Part shown: one piece after another, positions 1-9,157 of the stretch
Numbering within the stretch: position 1 is the stretch's first letter
Layout: each line of letters starts with the position of its first letter
Origin: an uncultured Verrucomicrobia subdivision 3 bacterium
Lineage (GTDB): Bacteria > Verrucomicrobiota > Verrucomicrobiia > Limisphaerales > UBA11358
Reading direction: 5' to 3'
Assembly: GCA_903835255.1 (NCBI GenBank)
Contig: CAILMI010000033.1
Span: forward strand, 13,431 to 77,430
Length of the DNA: 64,000 nt
The notes under the pieces: model-generated
What the model was told of the DNA's origin: nothing
The model's database searches: none
What the model saw: only the letters and a program-made list of their open reading frames with translations
Made by a program: the position numbers and the translations under genes

Positions 1-1341
1 GTCTTCCATCCCGGCTTTGTCAGCGTCGAAGGCGGGCCGGATTTTGGGAATGCCCTGATACAGGTCGGCGATTTCCCGCCGAGTTCCGGCGACGTGGAAA
101 TCGATTTGCATCCGAATGGCTGGCGCGCGCACGGCCATGACCGGAATCCGCATTTTCAAAACGTCATCCTGCAGGTCGTCTGGGAAGGCGATGGAATGCA
201 CCACGGCGGGGCGGGCACTTGCCGCGACTGGCCGCCGACTCTGGCATTGAAGGGTTCCTTGGACGCGCCGCTGGCGGAGTTGATTTTGGCTCTCGAACAG
301 GAGCCGCTTCGGTCATTGCCCGAACCGTTGCGGGGCAGCTGCTGTTTGCCCCTGCGCGGACTCGATGAGGAGCATCGGACGGGACTGTTGATCGAGGCGG
401 CACATGTCCGGCTGGAGGCCCGCGCCTTTCAATTCCGCGCCCGTGCCCGGCACGCCGGCTGGGAGCAGGCTTTGTGGGAACAGTTGTTCCGAGCGCTCGG
501 ATACAAGCACAACCTCTGGCCGATGTTGCATCTGGCGGAGACCAAGTCCCACTGGTCGCGCGGGGCTCGGACTGCATTTGAATTGCAGGTGCGGCTGCTG
601 GGGGTGGGCGCCCTGTTGCCGGCGGAATGGTCGCGCGCCCGGAAAGGCGCGGATCAATATCTCCGACGGGCATGGGATTGCTGGTGGCGGGAGCGGGACG
701 GGCTCAGCGGCTGCCTGCTGCCGCCCGCCGCGTGGAAATTCCACGGCGTGCGGCCGGCGAATCATCCCCAACGCCGGCTAGCGCTGGCGGCGCACTGGTT
801 GGCGGATGAGCATTTCATCTCGAAAATTGAGGGCTGGGGTTTGGGGGGCAGCTCGGGGGTCGCGCCGCCGCACCGCCTGGGTTCTATCGCCGAATCCTTG
901 CGCCAAATTCTGGAGGCGGGCCGGGATGAATTCTGGTCGTGGCACTGGACGCTTCGGTCGGCTCGCACAAAAAAGCCCCTGCCGCTGCTGGGAAAGGAGC
1001 GGGTGACGGATCTAGCCATGAATGTCCTTTTGCCCTGGCTCTGGATCCGGGCCGTCGAAGGGGGAAACGAAAATCTCAGGCGGGCGGTGGAGCAACGCTA
1101 TTATGCATGGCCGGCGGCGGAGGATAATTCCGTCCTGAAACTGGCGCGTCAGAGGTTGCTGGGCGTCGAAAGCTGCCAGGCACTGCGCACGGCAGCGGCG
1201 CAGCAGGGTTTAATACAGATTGTGCGGGACTTTTGCGAACACTCCAACGCCGTCTGTGAGAATTGCCGGTTTCCGGAATGGGTCCGTCACTGGAACCCGC
1301 AGTCGCCTAAGGAGCCTCACTTTTCGCGAGCGCATCCTTGA
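1..1341 (+). CDS. DUF2851-family protein (5' end outside window)
   Basis: Frame 1 is open from nt 1 into the track ORF at 94. The His-rich motif 'GDVEIDLHPNGWRAHGHDRNPHFQNVILQVVWE' matches the DUF2851 signature as I remember it. Confidence 0.6.
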   Translation, partial: VFHPGFVSVEGGPDFGNALIQVGDFPPSSGDVEIDLHPNGWRAHGHDRNPHFQNVILQVVWEGDGMHHGGAGTCRDWPPTLALKGSLDAPLAELILALEQEPLRSLPEPLRGSCCLPLRGLDEEHRTGLLIEAAHVRLEARAFQFRARARHAGWEQALWEQLFRALGYKHNLWPMLHLAETKSHWSRGARTAFELQVRLLGVGALLPAEWSRARKGADQYLRRAWDCWWRERDGLSGCLLPPAAWKFHGVRPANHPQRRLALAAHWLADEHFISKIEGWGLGGSSGVAPPHRLGSIAESLRQILEAGRDEFWSWHWTLRSARTKKPLPLLGKERVTDLAMNVLLPWLWIRAVEGGNENLRRAVEQRYYAWPAAEDNSVLKLARQRLLGVESCQALRTAAAQQGLIQIVRDFCEHSNAVCENCRFPEWVRHWNPQSPKEPHFSRAHP

Positions 1342-2011
1342 ACCCGGCCGCTTCCGGCGCGCTGACAGGAGGGGTCTTGGCTTTTGGCGCTGCGGGTGAG
1401 GCCGGCGCTGTGCCGTCTCCGCCCCCGGGCCCGGTCTCAGTCTGATGGGGGTTCTTGGCGCGCTTGTTGCGGGGGAGCGGGCTGATCATCAGATTGATGG
1501 CTTTGCCCACAAGTTTGGGCTGGAAATCCGGCTGGCCATAGGGCGCGATATCAGCGATGAACTTTTTGATGACCTCGAAGCCGACCTCGGTGTGCGCGTT
1601 TTCACGGCCGCGAAATTTCAGCGCGACTTTCACCTTCATATCCTCGCACAGGAAATTGATGGCGTGCATCAGCTTGATTCCAAGGTCGTGGGGGTCAATT
1701 CGCGGGCTTAACTGGACCTCTTTGACGATGGAGGCGTGCTGATGCTTTTTGGATTCTTTTTCCTTCTTGGCGATTTCGTACCGGTATTTACCAAAATCCA
1801 CCAGGCGGCACACGGGCGGGGTGGCGGTGGCGGCAATTTCCACAAGATCCACAGCATGCTGGCGAGCCAGATTGATGGCATCGGTGAGCGGCATGACGCC
1901 GAGTTGATTGCCCTCCACTCCGATGACGCGGACTTCCCGTGCGCGGATTTTACCGTTGACCCGGACGAAGGAGGCCGGCGAGGAATTGCGTGGGGAGAAA
2001 GGGCGGCTCAA
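1307..2011 (-). CDS. infC: translation initiation factor IF-3
   Basis: 'NGKIRAREVRVIGVEGNQLGVMPL...DLVEIAATATPPVCRLVDFGKYRYE' is typical IF-3. The first in-frame start after an upstream TAG is TTG at 2011, preceded by GAGGG. There is a roughly 55-aa low-complexity Pro/Ala-rich C-terminal tail. Confidence 0.9.
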   Translation of the reverse strand: MSRPFSPRNSSPASFVRVNGKIRAREVRVIGVEGNQLGVMPLTDAINLARQHAVDLVEIAATATPPVCRLVDFGKYRYEIAKKEKESKKHQHASIVKEVQLSPRIDPHDLGIKLMHAINFLCEDMKVKVALKFRGRENAHTEVGFEVIKKFIADIAPYGQPDFQPKLVGKAINLMISPLPRNKRAKNPHQTETGPGGGDGTAPASPAAPKAKTPPVSAPEAAGFKDALAKSEAP

Positions 2012-2239
2012 GACACCCTCGTAGGTTGTAGCATATTTCTAAAATGTAGCATCAGAACGATCGGGAACGGTCCGCGATCAATGACTATGCTCTTTTAATA
2101 AGGGTTCCCCGCTGGCGGTGCAAGCCAAATTTGGCAGTCAGTCCAAGGGGATTCGCAGGAGGGATAGAGAGGTTCTAGCGGGCGGGTTCCGGTTGGCCGA
2201 GTCAAAATAAAATACCCAGTGCCGGCGCGGATCCGAGCA

Positions 2240-3235
2240 TCAGGGGCCGCCCAGCGGCGGGGCAGAGGGGGCGGGGCCGCCCGCCTTGTTTTGCGAGGCC
2301 TCAACCTTGATGTAATGCAGCACGACGGGCGCGAGGACCATGCCGGGAACACCCATCAGTTTTTCCCCCAGCACCAGCCCCAGCAGCGTGAGCCACATCG
2401 GATTCCGGATGCGGTCGCCCACAATCTTGCTATTCAGAAAGTATTCCAGCTTGTGGATGACCATGAGAAAGATCAGCGCGACCAGCGCCATCCGCGGCGA
2501 AATGGTGAACCCGACGAAGACGATCAGCGTGTTGCTGAGCACGTTGCCAACAATCGGCAGCAGGCCGCATAGAAACGTCAGCGCCGCGATGACCGCAACA
2601 TAGGGATAGCCGTTCCAGAGGAGAAAAGCCCCCGTGATCGCTGTGTTGATGGTGGAGACGATGATTTGGGCGCCGATGACCCGGGAGAAGCTGCGAAAAA
2701 AAGTTTTAAATCGGAGGCTTAGCTCCCGAACCATGGTGGAGTAAAGGTTGTCGTGCGCCGTCCCAGGCTCGCGCTCCGAGCCCCACCTCGCACTCAAAAA
2801 AAGGCTCGCCGCCACCACCAGCCCGATGAGCAGTTGCACGCCCTTGAACGCCACCTCGCGCGCATGCCGTCCGGCACCGGCCACGTCCTCTTTCATCTCC
2901 GTGAGCACCACTGTTTTCAAGCCCGCATAGTCCGTGAAGGGCAGCTCGATCCCCTGTCGCCCGGCAAATTCAGCAACGGCTGGAATGGTGGTTTCTGCAA
3001 TTTTTGGAAAAGTTTGATACGCCTGCTTGGAAAAATAATACAGGCCCCAGCTGATGACAGACACCACCACCACATACAAAGCCAGCCCGAGGAATTTGCT
3101 GCGCCCAAGGCTGAACACCCGCAGCGCAAAGAAGCCGAACAGCGCGGACAGCACCAGCGTCCCCAGATGCAGCGAGCCGATCAGCACCAGCAGGGCGGCC
3201 ATGATGATATAAGAATTGCGGATAGAATGGCTCAT
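2240..3235 (-). CDS. AI-2E family transporter (PerM/UPF0118-like membrane protein)
   Basis: Multi-TM protein. The C-terminal region 'GLLPIVGNVLSNTLIVFVG...HKLEYFLNSKIVGDRIRNPMWLTLLGLVLGEKLMGVPGM' is characteristic of the family. Confidence 0.8.
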   Translation of the reverse strand: MSHSIRNSYIIMAALLVLIGSLHLGTLVLSALFGFFALRVFSLGRSKFLGLALYVVVVSVISWGLYYFSKQAYQTFPKIAETTIPAVAEFAGRQGIELPFTDYAGLKTVVLTEMKEDVAGAGRHAREVAFKGVQLLIGLVVAASLFLSARWGSEREPGTAHDNLYSTMVRELSLRFKTFFRSFSRVIGAQIIVSTINTAITGAFLLWNGYPYVAVIAALTFLCGLLPIVGNVLSNTLIVFVGFTISPRMALVALIFLMVIHKLEYFLNSKIVGDRIRNPMWLTLLGLVLGEKLMGVPGMVLAPVVLHYIKVEASQNKAGGPAPSAPPLGGP

Positions 3236-3330
3236 GACAGGAGGATGCCCCGCCCGCTCCCAGCCAGTGGCCGGAAACGGTCGGAATCGGATGTGGGTAT
3301 CAGATAAAGATAATTCATGGTCCGGTAAAT

Positions 3331-4959
3331 TCAGCGGATGCGCGCGAGCAGCCAGTCGCGGAGTTCGGAGATTTTCAGCCGCTCCTGCCGTCCGTCGTCG
3401 CGATAGCGCAGGGTGACCGTATCCAGCCGCTCCGGGTTTTCGCCGAGCGTGTCGAAATCAATCGTCACACAGAACGGCGTGCCGGCTTCATCCTGGCGCG
3501 CGTAGCGGCGGCCGATCGAGCCCGCCTCGTCATAGAACACATTCATCCAGGGCCGCAGGGCATCCCGGATTTCCAGCGCTTTCTTGACGATATCCGGCTT
3601 GTTCTTCAGCAGCGGCAGCACGCCAACTTTGATAGGGGCGACGCGCGGATGGAACCGCATTGTCACGCGCGTTTCGCTCTTACCCTTGTCGTCCGTCTCG
3701 GTGGTTTCCGAATAGGCGTTGGCCAGCAGCGCCAAAATCAAGCGATCCACCCCGGCGCTGGGCTCAATCACATGGGGAATGTACTGCCCCTTCGCCAGGC
3801 CGTTCGCGTCATCGGTCGCCTGCCGGGATGCGGGCTCAGCCTCGACGCCCGATTTCAACAGGTAGTTTTTACGGTTCTCGTAATAGCGGCGCCAGAGGTC
3901 GTCCGATTTTTCCTTCGGCAACTTTGCCCACGCCGCGCGCAGCTCGTCGTCGAACACCCCCATCGGTTTTCCGGAAAAACGCTGGTGCTGGCTCAGGTCG
4001 AAATCGCTGCGCGCGGCCACCCCCTCCAATTCATCGCCGATGACATTGCCCTGCTCATCCTTTTTGCTGAACGGAAACTTGAACAAAATATCCGTGCAGG
4101 CGCGGGCGTAATGGGCGAGCTCCTGCGGCGTCTGGCGGTGAAAGCCTAGCGTCGAGCGGTCCAGCCCGATGCCCTGGTAAAAGCGCACGCGCTCCTCCAC
4201 CCAGTATTGGTGCCAGGCCTGCCAGCCCCAGTTGGGCTGGGGCTCCAGCGCCGGGGAATCGGGGCCGGGGATTTCGGGGGTCGCCACCGCGCCATGAATC
4301 GCCTCAATCACTTCATCCGGCTTGATGAAGAACTCCAGCTCCATCTGTTCGAACTCGCGCGACCGGAAAATGAAATTGCGGGGGGTGACCTCGTTGCGGA
4401 AGGCCTTGCCGACCTGGGCGATGCCGAACGGCACCTTCTGCCGCGCCGTTTCCATCACATTCTTGAACTGGGCGAAAATCGCCTGCGCCGTTTCCGGGCG
4501 GAGATATGCCAGATCCTCCGCCGTGGCCGTCGGCCCGACGTACGTCTGGAACATCAGATTGAACGCGCGCGCCTCGGTCTTCTCGCCATGGCATTGCTGG
4601 ACGCACTGGCTGGGCTTTTGCGGGCAGGAAATCTCCCCGGTCTGGTCCGCGCGAAAACGGCCCTTGCACGTCTTGCAGTCAATCATCGGATCGCTGAACG
4701 TCGCAACGTGGCCGGACGCCTCCCAGATTTTCGGCGACATGAGGATGGTCGCCTCGAGGCCGGCGACGTCATCGCGCTGGCGGGTCATGGCCTGCCACCA
4801 GAGCTCCTTGACGTTGCGCTTGAGTTCCGCGCCGAGGGGGCCGTAATCCCAGAAGCCGTTGATGCCGCCGTAGATTTCGGAAGACTGAAACACAAACCCG
4901 CGCCGCTTGCACAGCGACACGATTTTTTCCATCTGCAAATTTTCTCTGGGTTCGGCCAT
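3331..4959 (-). CDS. glyQS: glycine--tRNA ligase (alpha2 type)
   Basis: 'EKIVSLCKRRGFVFQSSEIYGGINGFWDYGPLG' plus class II motifs. Start is ambiguous: ATG at 4959 or 4932, and the TTG at 4998 used in the track is less likely. Confidence 0.9.
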   Translation of the reverse strand: MAEPRENLQMEKIVSLCKRRGFVFQSSEIYGGINGFWDYGPLGAELKRNVKELWWQAMTRQRDDVAGLEATILMSPKIWEASGHVATFSDPMIDCKTCKGRFRADQTGEISCPQKPSQCVQQCHGEKTEARAFNLMFQTYVGPTATAEDLAYLRPETAQAIFAQFKNVMETARQKVPFGIAQVGKAFRNEVTPRNFIFRSREFEQMELEFFIKPDEVIEAIHGAVATPEIPGPDSPALEPQPNWGWQAWHQYWVEERVRFYQGIGLDRSTLGFHRQTPQELAHYARACTDILFKFPFSKKDEQGNVIGDELEGVAARSDFDLSQHQRFSGKPMGVFDDELRAAWAKLPKEKSDDLWRRYYENRKNYLLKSGVEAEPASRQATDDANGLAKGQYIPHVIEPSAGVDRLILALLANAYSETTETDDKGKSETRVTMRFHPRVAPIKVGVLPLLKNKPDIVKKALEIRDALRPWMNVFYDEAGSIGRRYARQDEAGTPFCVTIDFDTLGENPERLDTVTLRYRDDGRQERLKISELRDWLLARIR

Positions 4960-5293
4960 AGGCAGGACAGTGTTTGCTGACCGCGCGCGCGATGTCAAGG
5001 CGTCGGCATCCCGCCGCGTTGGCCGCCTCCGGGCTTTTAGCGGTGCCGGGAAATCCGTTTTATCCGGCTTCCGCGCTGCGGATGGCGTCGGCCCATTGCG
5101 CTTGAGCAGGGAGCTCTGGCCATAGTGCAGCGGCGGCGTGGGCCGAAAACAAGCGGCTTCATCATTTCATTTACGATTGGCGCCGGGCGATTTACGATAC
5201 CCGAGTGATGCCGGCCGCAAACAGACGTCTGACGCGGGATCGTCGCGCCAATTGTGTGAGGCGCCATCCTGAATCATCCATCCCCAATCGCTA

Positions 5294-6058
5294 ATGACCA
5301 ACCGTGTCAATGTGCTGGGAGTTGGCATCAGCGTCCTGAACCTGCCGTCGGCGCTGGAGGCCATCGCCGGTGCCATCCAGATGCGGCGCAAAGGGTACAT
5401 CTGCGTGACCGGCGTCCACGGCGTAATGGAGGCGCAGGGGGACGAATCCTTTCGGCGGATCTTGAATGCCGCGTTTCTTTGCACCCCGGACGGGATGCCG
5501 ATGGTTTGGATGGGAAGGCTCCGCGGTCATGCGGCAATGCGCCGGGTGTACGGGCCGGACCTGATGCTGGAGGTCTGCGCTTGGAGCGAGACCAGCGGCT
5601 GCCGCCATTTTTTTTATGGCGGCGCACCGGGCATCGCCGAAGAGTTGCGGGACCGGTTGACGAAGCGGTTTCCCCGATTGCAGGTTGCGGGCTGCTACAC
5701 GCCCCCGTTCCGGCCATTGAACGCGGCAGAGGAAGTTCAGCTGGAGGAAGCAGTGCGCGCCGCCCGCCCGGACATTTTATGGGTCGGCTTGAGCACCCCC
5801 AAACAGGAGCAATTCATGGCGGCCTTCCTGCCGAAGCTGGAGGTGACGCTGATGGTGGGGGTGGGGGCGGCGTTTGATTTCCATGCCGGCCGGGTGAGTC
5901 AGGCGCCGCGCTGGATGCAGCAGAGCGGGCTGGAATGGTTTTACCGGCTCTGCCAGGAGCCGCGCCGGCTGGCCAAGCGCTACCTGAAGAACAATCCACG
6001 CTTCGCACTAAAAATCGCCGGGCAACTGGCTGGGCTGAAGAAATACCCCCTGGATTGA
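5294..6058 (+). CDS. WecB/TagA/CpsF family glycosyltransferase
   Basis: 'VNVLGVGISVLNL...YICVTGVHGVMEAQ...FLCTPDGMPMVWMGR...ILWVGLSTPKQE' follows the family pattern. Confidence 0.8.
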   Translation: MTNRVNVLGVGISVLNLPSALEAIAGAIQMRRKGYICVTGVHGVMEAQGDESFRRILNAAFLCTPDGMPMVWMGRLRGHAAMRRVYGPDLMLEVCAWSETSGCRHFFYGGAPGIAEELRDRLTKRFPRLQVAGCYTPPFRPLNAAEEVQLEEAVRAARPDILWVGLSTPKQEQFMAAFLPKLEVTLMVGVGAAFDFHAGRVSQAPRWMQQSGLEWFYRLCQEPRRLAKRYLKNNPRFALKIAGQLAGLKKYPLD

Positions 6059-6075
6059 GGCAGGAACGATAGGGT

Positions 6076-6121
6076 CTCAGCCGGAACCCCGCAGTTGAGT
6101 TGCAACGCCGGCCGAATTCAA
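6076..6121 (+). repeat. Dispersed repeat family R2, copy 1
   Basis: 'CTCAGCCGGAACCCCGCAGTTGAGTTGCAACGCCGGCCGAATTCAA'. It aligns with the reverse complement of 24921-24968 and, for its first 20 nt, with 24698-24717. The 12-nt arm at 6102-6113 is perfectly complementary to 6184-6195. Confidence 0.75.
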
Positions 6122-6361
6122 AAAGACAACTAATGCTGTGTGTGCCACCTGCAGACCTCAATCCGGCTCAATTTGCAGAGGGGGGCCGGCGTTGCCTTTT
6201 CTGGAAAGCTCTTAAAGGCAGGGAGAAAACAGGGGCCGAGTCCAGAGGCGCCCTGAGCCCGGTTAGAGGCCTTGTTTTTTATTTCCTTTGGCGGGAATTT
6301 AGCTACTATATCCGTCGGCAGTAGCCATCAGCCTTAATAAAGCACTGTCCGCCATTAATTT

Positions 6362-7324
6362 ATGCCACTGACACATACACGGGACCTGTTCGCAAAAGCG
6401 TTGAAGGGCAAGTACGCCCTCGGCGCTTTCAACGTCAACAACATGGAACTCATCCAGGCAATCGTTGAAGCCTGCGAGGAGGAAAAAGCGCCGCTGATGC
6501 TCCAAATCTCCAAGGGCGCACGGCAATATGCTCATCCGACCTATCTCAAAAAATTGATCGAGGCGGCCGTCAGCCTCTCCACCGTGCCGATTGCGGTCCA
6601 CCTGGACCACGGCGACACATTCGAGCTGTGCAAGGAGTGCATCGACGAGGGGTTCACCAGCGTGATGATCGACGCCTCGCATGAGCCGTTCGAGAAGAAC
6701 GTGGAGATTACCCAGAAGGTGGTCGAGTACGCCCACAAATATAATGCGTCCGTGGAATCCGAGCTCGGCCACCTGGTCGGCGCGCAGTTTGACGAGGGCG
6801 AAGAAGGCGGCGCCCATTCCGCCAGCGGCCATTACACCAACCCGGAGGAAGCTGTCCAATTCGTGAAGCAAACCGGCTGCGATTCACTGGCCATCGCCAT
6901 CGGCAATTCCCACGGCGCCTACAAGTTCAAGGGCGAACAGCACCTGGACCTGGAACGTCTTAAGCTGATTAAGCAGGCGCTCATGGAAGCCAATCTGGGC
7001 GATTACCCGCTCGTGCTGCACGGCGCTTCCAGCGTCCCGAAATATCTGGTGGACGAAGTCAATAAATACGGCGGCAAGATGCCCGACGCCCAGGGCGTGC
7101 CGGAATCCGACATTGAAGTCGCGCGCCGCGTGGGTTGCACCAAGGTGAACATCGACACCGATCTGCGACTGGCCATGACCGCCGCCATCCGCAAGGTGTT
7201 TTCGGAAAAGCCGGGTGAATTCGACCCGCGCAAATACCTCGGGCCGGCCCGTCAGGCCGTGAAAGATCTCGTGCGCCACAAGGTCAAGAACGTGCTGTGC
7301 TGCGCCGGTCACGCGTTCGACTAA
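6362..7324 (+). CDS. fba: class II fructose-bisphosphate aldolase
   Basis: 'LFAKALKGKYALGAFNVNNMELIQAIVEACEEEKAPLMLQISKGARQYA' and 'VHLDHGD' are typical. Confidence 0.92.
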   Translation: MPLTHTRDLFAKALKGKYALGAFNVNNMELIQAIVEACEEEKAPLMLQISKGARQYAHPTYLKKLIEAAVSLSTVPIAVHLDHGDTFELCKECIDEGFTSVMIDASHEPFEKNVEITQKVVEYAHKYNASVESELGHLVGAQFDEGEEGGAHSASGHYTNPEEAVQFVKQTGCDSLAIAIGNSHGAYKFKGEQHLDLERLKLIKQALMEANLGDYPLVLHGASSVPKYLVDEVNKYGGKMPDAQGVPESDIEVARRVGCTKVNIDTDLRLAMTAAIRKVFSEKPGEFDPRKYLGPARQAVKDLVRHKVKNVLCCAGHAFD

Positions 7325-7346
7325 ACCCCGTTTCAATCAAGCCAAA

Positions 7347-7376
7347 GCCCCGGACGAAACCGTCCGGGGCTTTTTA
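7347..7376 (+). terminator. rho-independent terminator after fba
   Basis: GCCCCGGACG-AAAC-CGTCCGGGGC is a perfect 10-bp stem followed by TTTTTA. It lies 23 nt after the fba stop, between convergent genes. Confidence 0.7.
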
Positions 7377-7418
7377 TTGGAGGGGCTGGTCCAGGCGGGG
7401 CCTGGTTGCTTGAGAATT

Positions 7419-7949
7419 TCAGAACTGATCTTCTTTTTCCTTGAACAGGATGTTGAAGGTGGTGAGGGAGCCGTAGCTGCGCGTGAGGTATTGCTGCATC
7501 TCCACCTTATCGCCGTCGGACAGTTTTTCGTGCGCGTTGATCTTCTGTTCCAGCACGCGCAGGTTGTTCCGGACCATGACGATTTTGTGGAAGAAAACCT
7601 CCAGCGGCACTTCCTTGGACTGCAGGGCGGCGTCGGCCGGGTGGAGGACCAGCTTGCCGCCATGCCAGCGCAGGCCGAGCTGTTCCACGACGGCATCCGG
7701 CTTTTCTAAGCCGAGTTTAATCACCGCCGCCGCAAGTGTCTGTTCGACGAACTGCTTCAGCGGCACGGCCAGGCCATGAAAGGAGGCCTGCGGTTCGGCG
7801 GCTTCCAAGCCGGCGGCAACGGGTTCCACCGTGCGCCGGCCGTCGTTGAATTGAACCTCCGCCGTGATTTCGGCGATGGCCTTGACCGTGCCGAGCCCGT
7901 ATTGCGGATGCCGCACGCCCATCCCGATATGAAGTGAATCAATGGTCAT
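7419..7949 (-). CDS. hypothetical protein with an N-terminal DUF3553/Tudor-like motif
   Basis: The ORF has coding-like composition. '[33 protein letters not shown]' resembles the small beta-barrel found at UvrD/PcrA C-termini. I did not recognise the rest. Confidence 0.5.
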   Translation of the reverse strand: MTIDSLHIGMGVRHPQYGLGTVKAIAEITAEVQFNDGRRTVEPVAAGLEAAEPQASFHGLAVPLKQFVEQTLAAAVIKLGLEKPDAVVEQLGLRWHGGKLVLHPADAALQSKEVPLEVFFHKIVMVRNNLRVLEQKINAHEKLSDGDKVEMQQYLTRSYGSLTTFNILFKEKEDQF

Positions 7950-8037
7950 GGGGCCACTCTAGCCGCAGCCTGCCCGGGAGGCCACGGCTTTTTCATTGCC
8001 TCGCCGGGGAGGCCGCGTCATCGTGAAACCCATTTAA

Positions 8038-8685
8038 ATGACCGCCAAACCCATTGACCGGTTCGAGTTCGAGCGCGCCCTGTGGCGGCAAAATCGGATG
8101 CGCGTTGCGGGCGTGGACGAGGCCGGGCGCGGGCCGCTCGCCGGGCCCGTGGTGGCCGCCGCTGTCATCCTCCCCCCCCGCTGGGCGGAAACGGGTTTGC
8201 CCGCGGAACTCGCCGGCCTCAATGATTCCAAGCAGCTCACCGAAGCGCAGCGCGAAATTTTTTTCGCCTTCATCACCGGCTGCAGCGAGATCCGGTTTGC
8301 CATCGCCCAGGCCGATGCGGCGCTGATCGACGAGATTAATATCCTGCAGGCGACCCATCGCGCCATGAATGACGCGCTGGCGCCATTGGATCCGGAGCAC
8401 GCGCTGGTAGATGGGCTTCCGGTCCGGACGCTGCGCGTGCCGCAGACGGCGCTGGTGAAGGGCGATGGGCGGAGTTATTCCATCGCCGCCGCGAGCGTGC
8501 TAGCCAAAGTGACGCGCGACCGGCTGATGCGGGATTATCACGTGCAGTTTCCAGAATATGGCTTTGCCGACCACAAGGGCTACGGCACGGCGAAACATCT
8601 GGCAGCAATCGCGGCGCATGGGGCGTGCCTGATCCACCGGAAAACATTTGCGCCCTTGAAGCCGAAGGCGCCCCAATTATTTTAG
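8038..8685 (+). CDS. rnhB: ribonuclease HII
   Basis: 'VAGVDEAGRGPLAGPVVAAAVIL' and 'DSKQLT...R' motifs. Confidence 0.92.
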   Translation: MTAKPIDRFEFERALWRQNRMRVAGVDEAGRGPLAGPVVAAAVILPPRWAETGLPAELAGLNDSKQLTEAQREIFFAFITGCSEIRFAIAQADAALIDEINILQATHRAMNDALAPLDPEHALVDGLPVRTLRVPQTALVKGDGRSYSIAAASVLAKVTRDRLMRDYHVQFPEYGFADHKGYGTAKHLAAIAAHGACLIHRKTFAPLKPKAPQLF

Positions 8686-8719
8686 ACGCGAAGATTCCTT
8701 CTGTGCCAGATTCAAGGCC

Positions 8720-9148
8720 GTGAGCCTGTTGGAAAAAATAAAGTCGATGCTTGCGGGCCGGGCAAAGCCGGAGCATCTGCGGCGCGGCGAGTTGGGGGAG
8801 CGGGCGGCTGAACGTTTTTTGAAGCGGGCGGGCCTGAAATTCCTGACGGCCAATTTCCGCTCCGCGCGCGGCGAGATCGACCTGGTTTTCCGCGATGAAG
8901 ACTGCCTTTGCTTCATCGAGGTGAAAACCCGCTCCTCCGAGGACTGGTCGCGGCCGGCGGCGGCAGTGGACGCGCGCAAGCGGCGGCTGCTCTCGCAGAC
9001 GGCGCTGGATTATCTAACGCTGCTGAAAAAGCCTCCGGTCAAAATCCGGTTTGATATCGTGGAGGTCCTGCTTCAGAACGGCAGGGTGCGCGAGGTGCGC
9101 CACCTGCCGAATGCTTTCCCGATGGCCAAGCCCTACCGTTATGGCTGA
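8720..9148 (+). CDS. YraN family endonuclease (UPF0102)
   Basis: 'GELGERAAERFLKRAGLKFLTANFRSARGEIDLVFRDEDCLCFIEVKTRSS'. Its position after rnhB is common for this family. Confidence 0.85.
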   Translation: MSLLEKIKSMLAGRAKPEHLRRGELGERAAERFLKRAGLKFLTANFRSARGEIDLVFRDEDCLCFIEVKTRSSEDWSRPAAAVDARKRRLLSQTALDYLTLLKKPPVKIRFDIVEVLLQNGRVREVRHLPNAFPMAKPYRYG

Positions 9149-9157
9149 AGTATTTTC

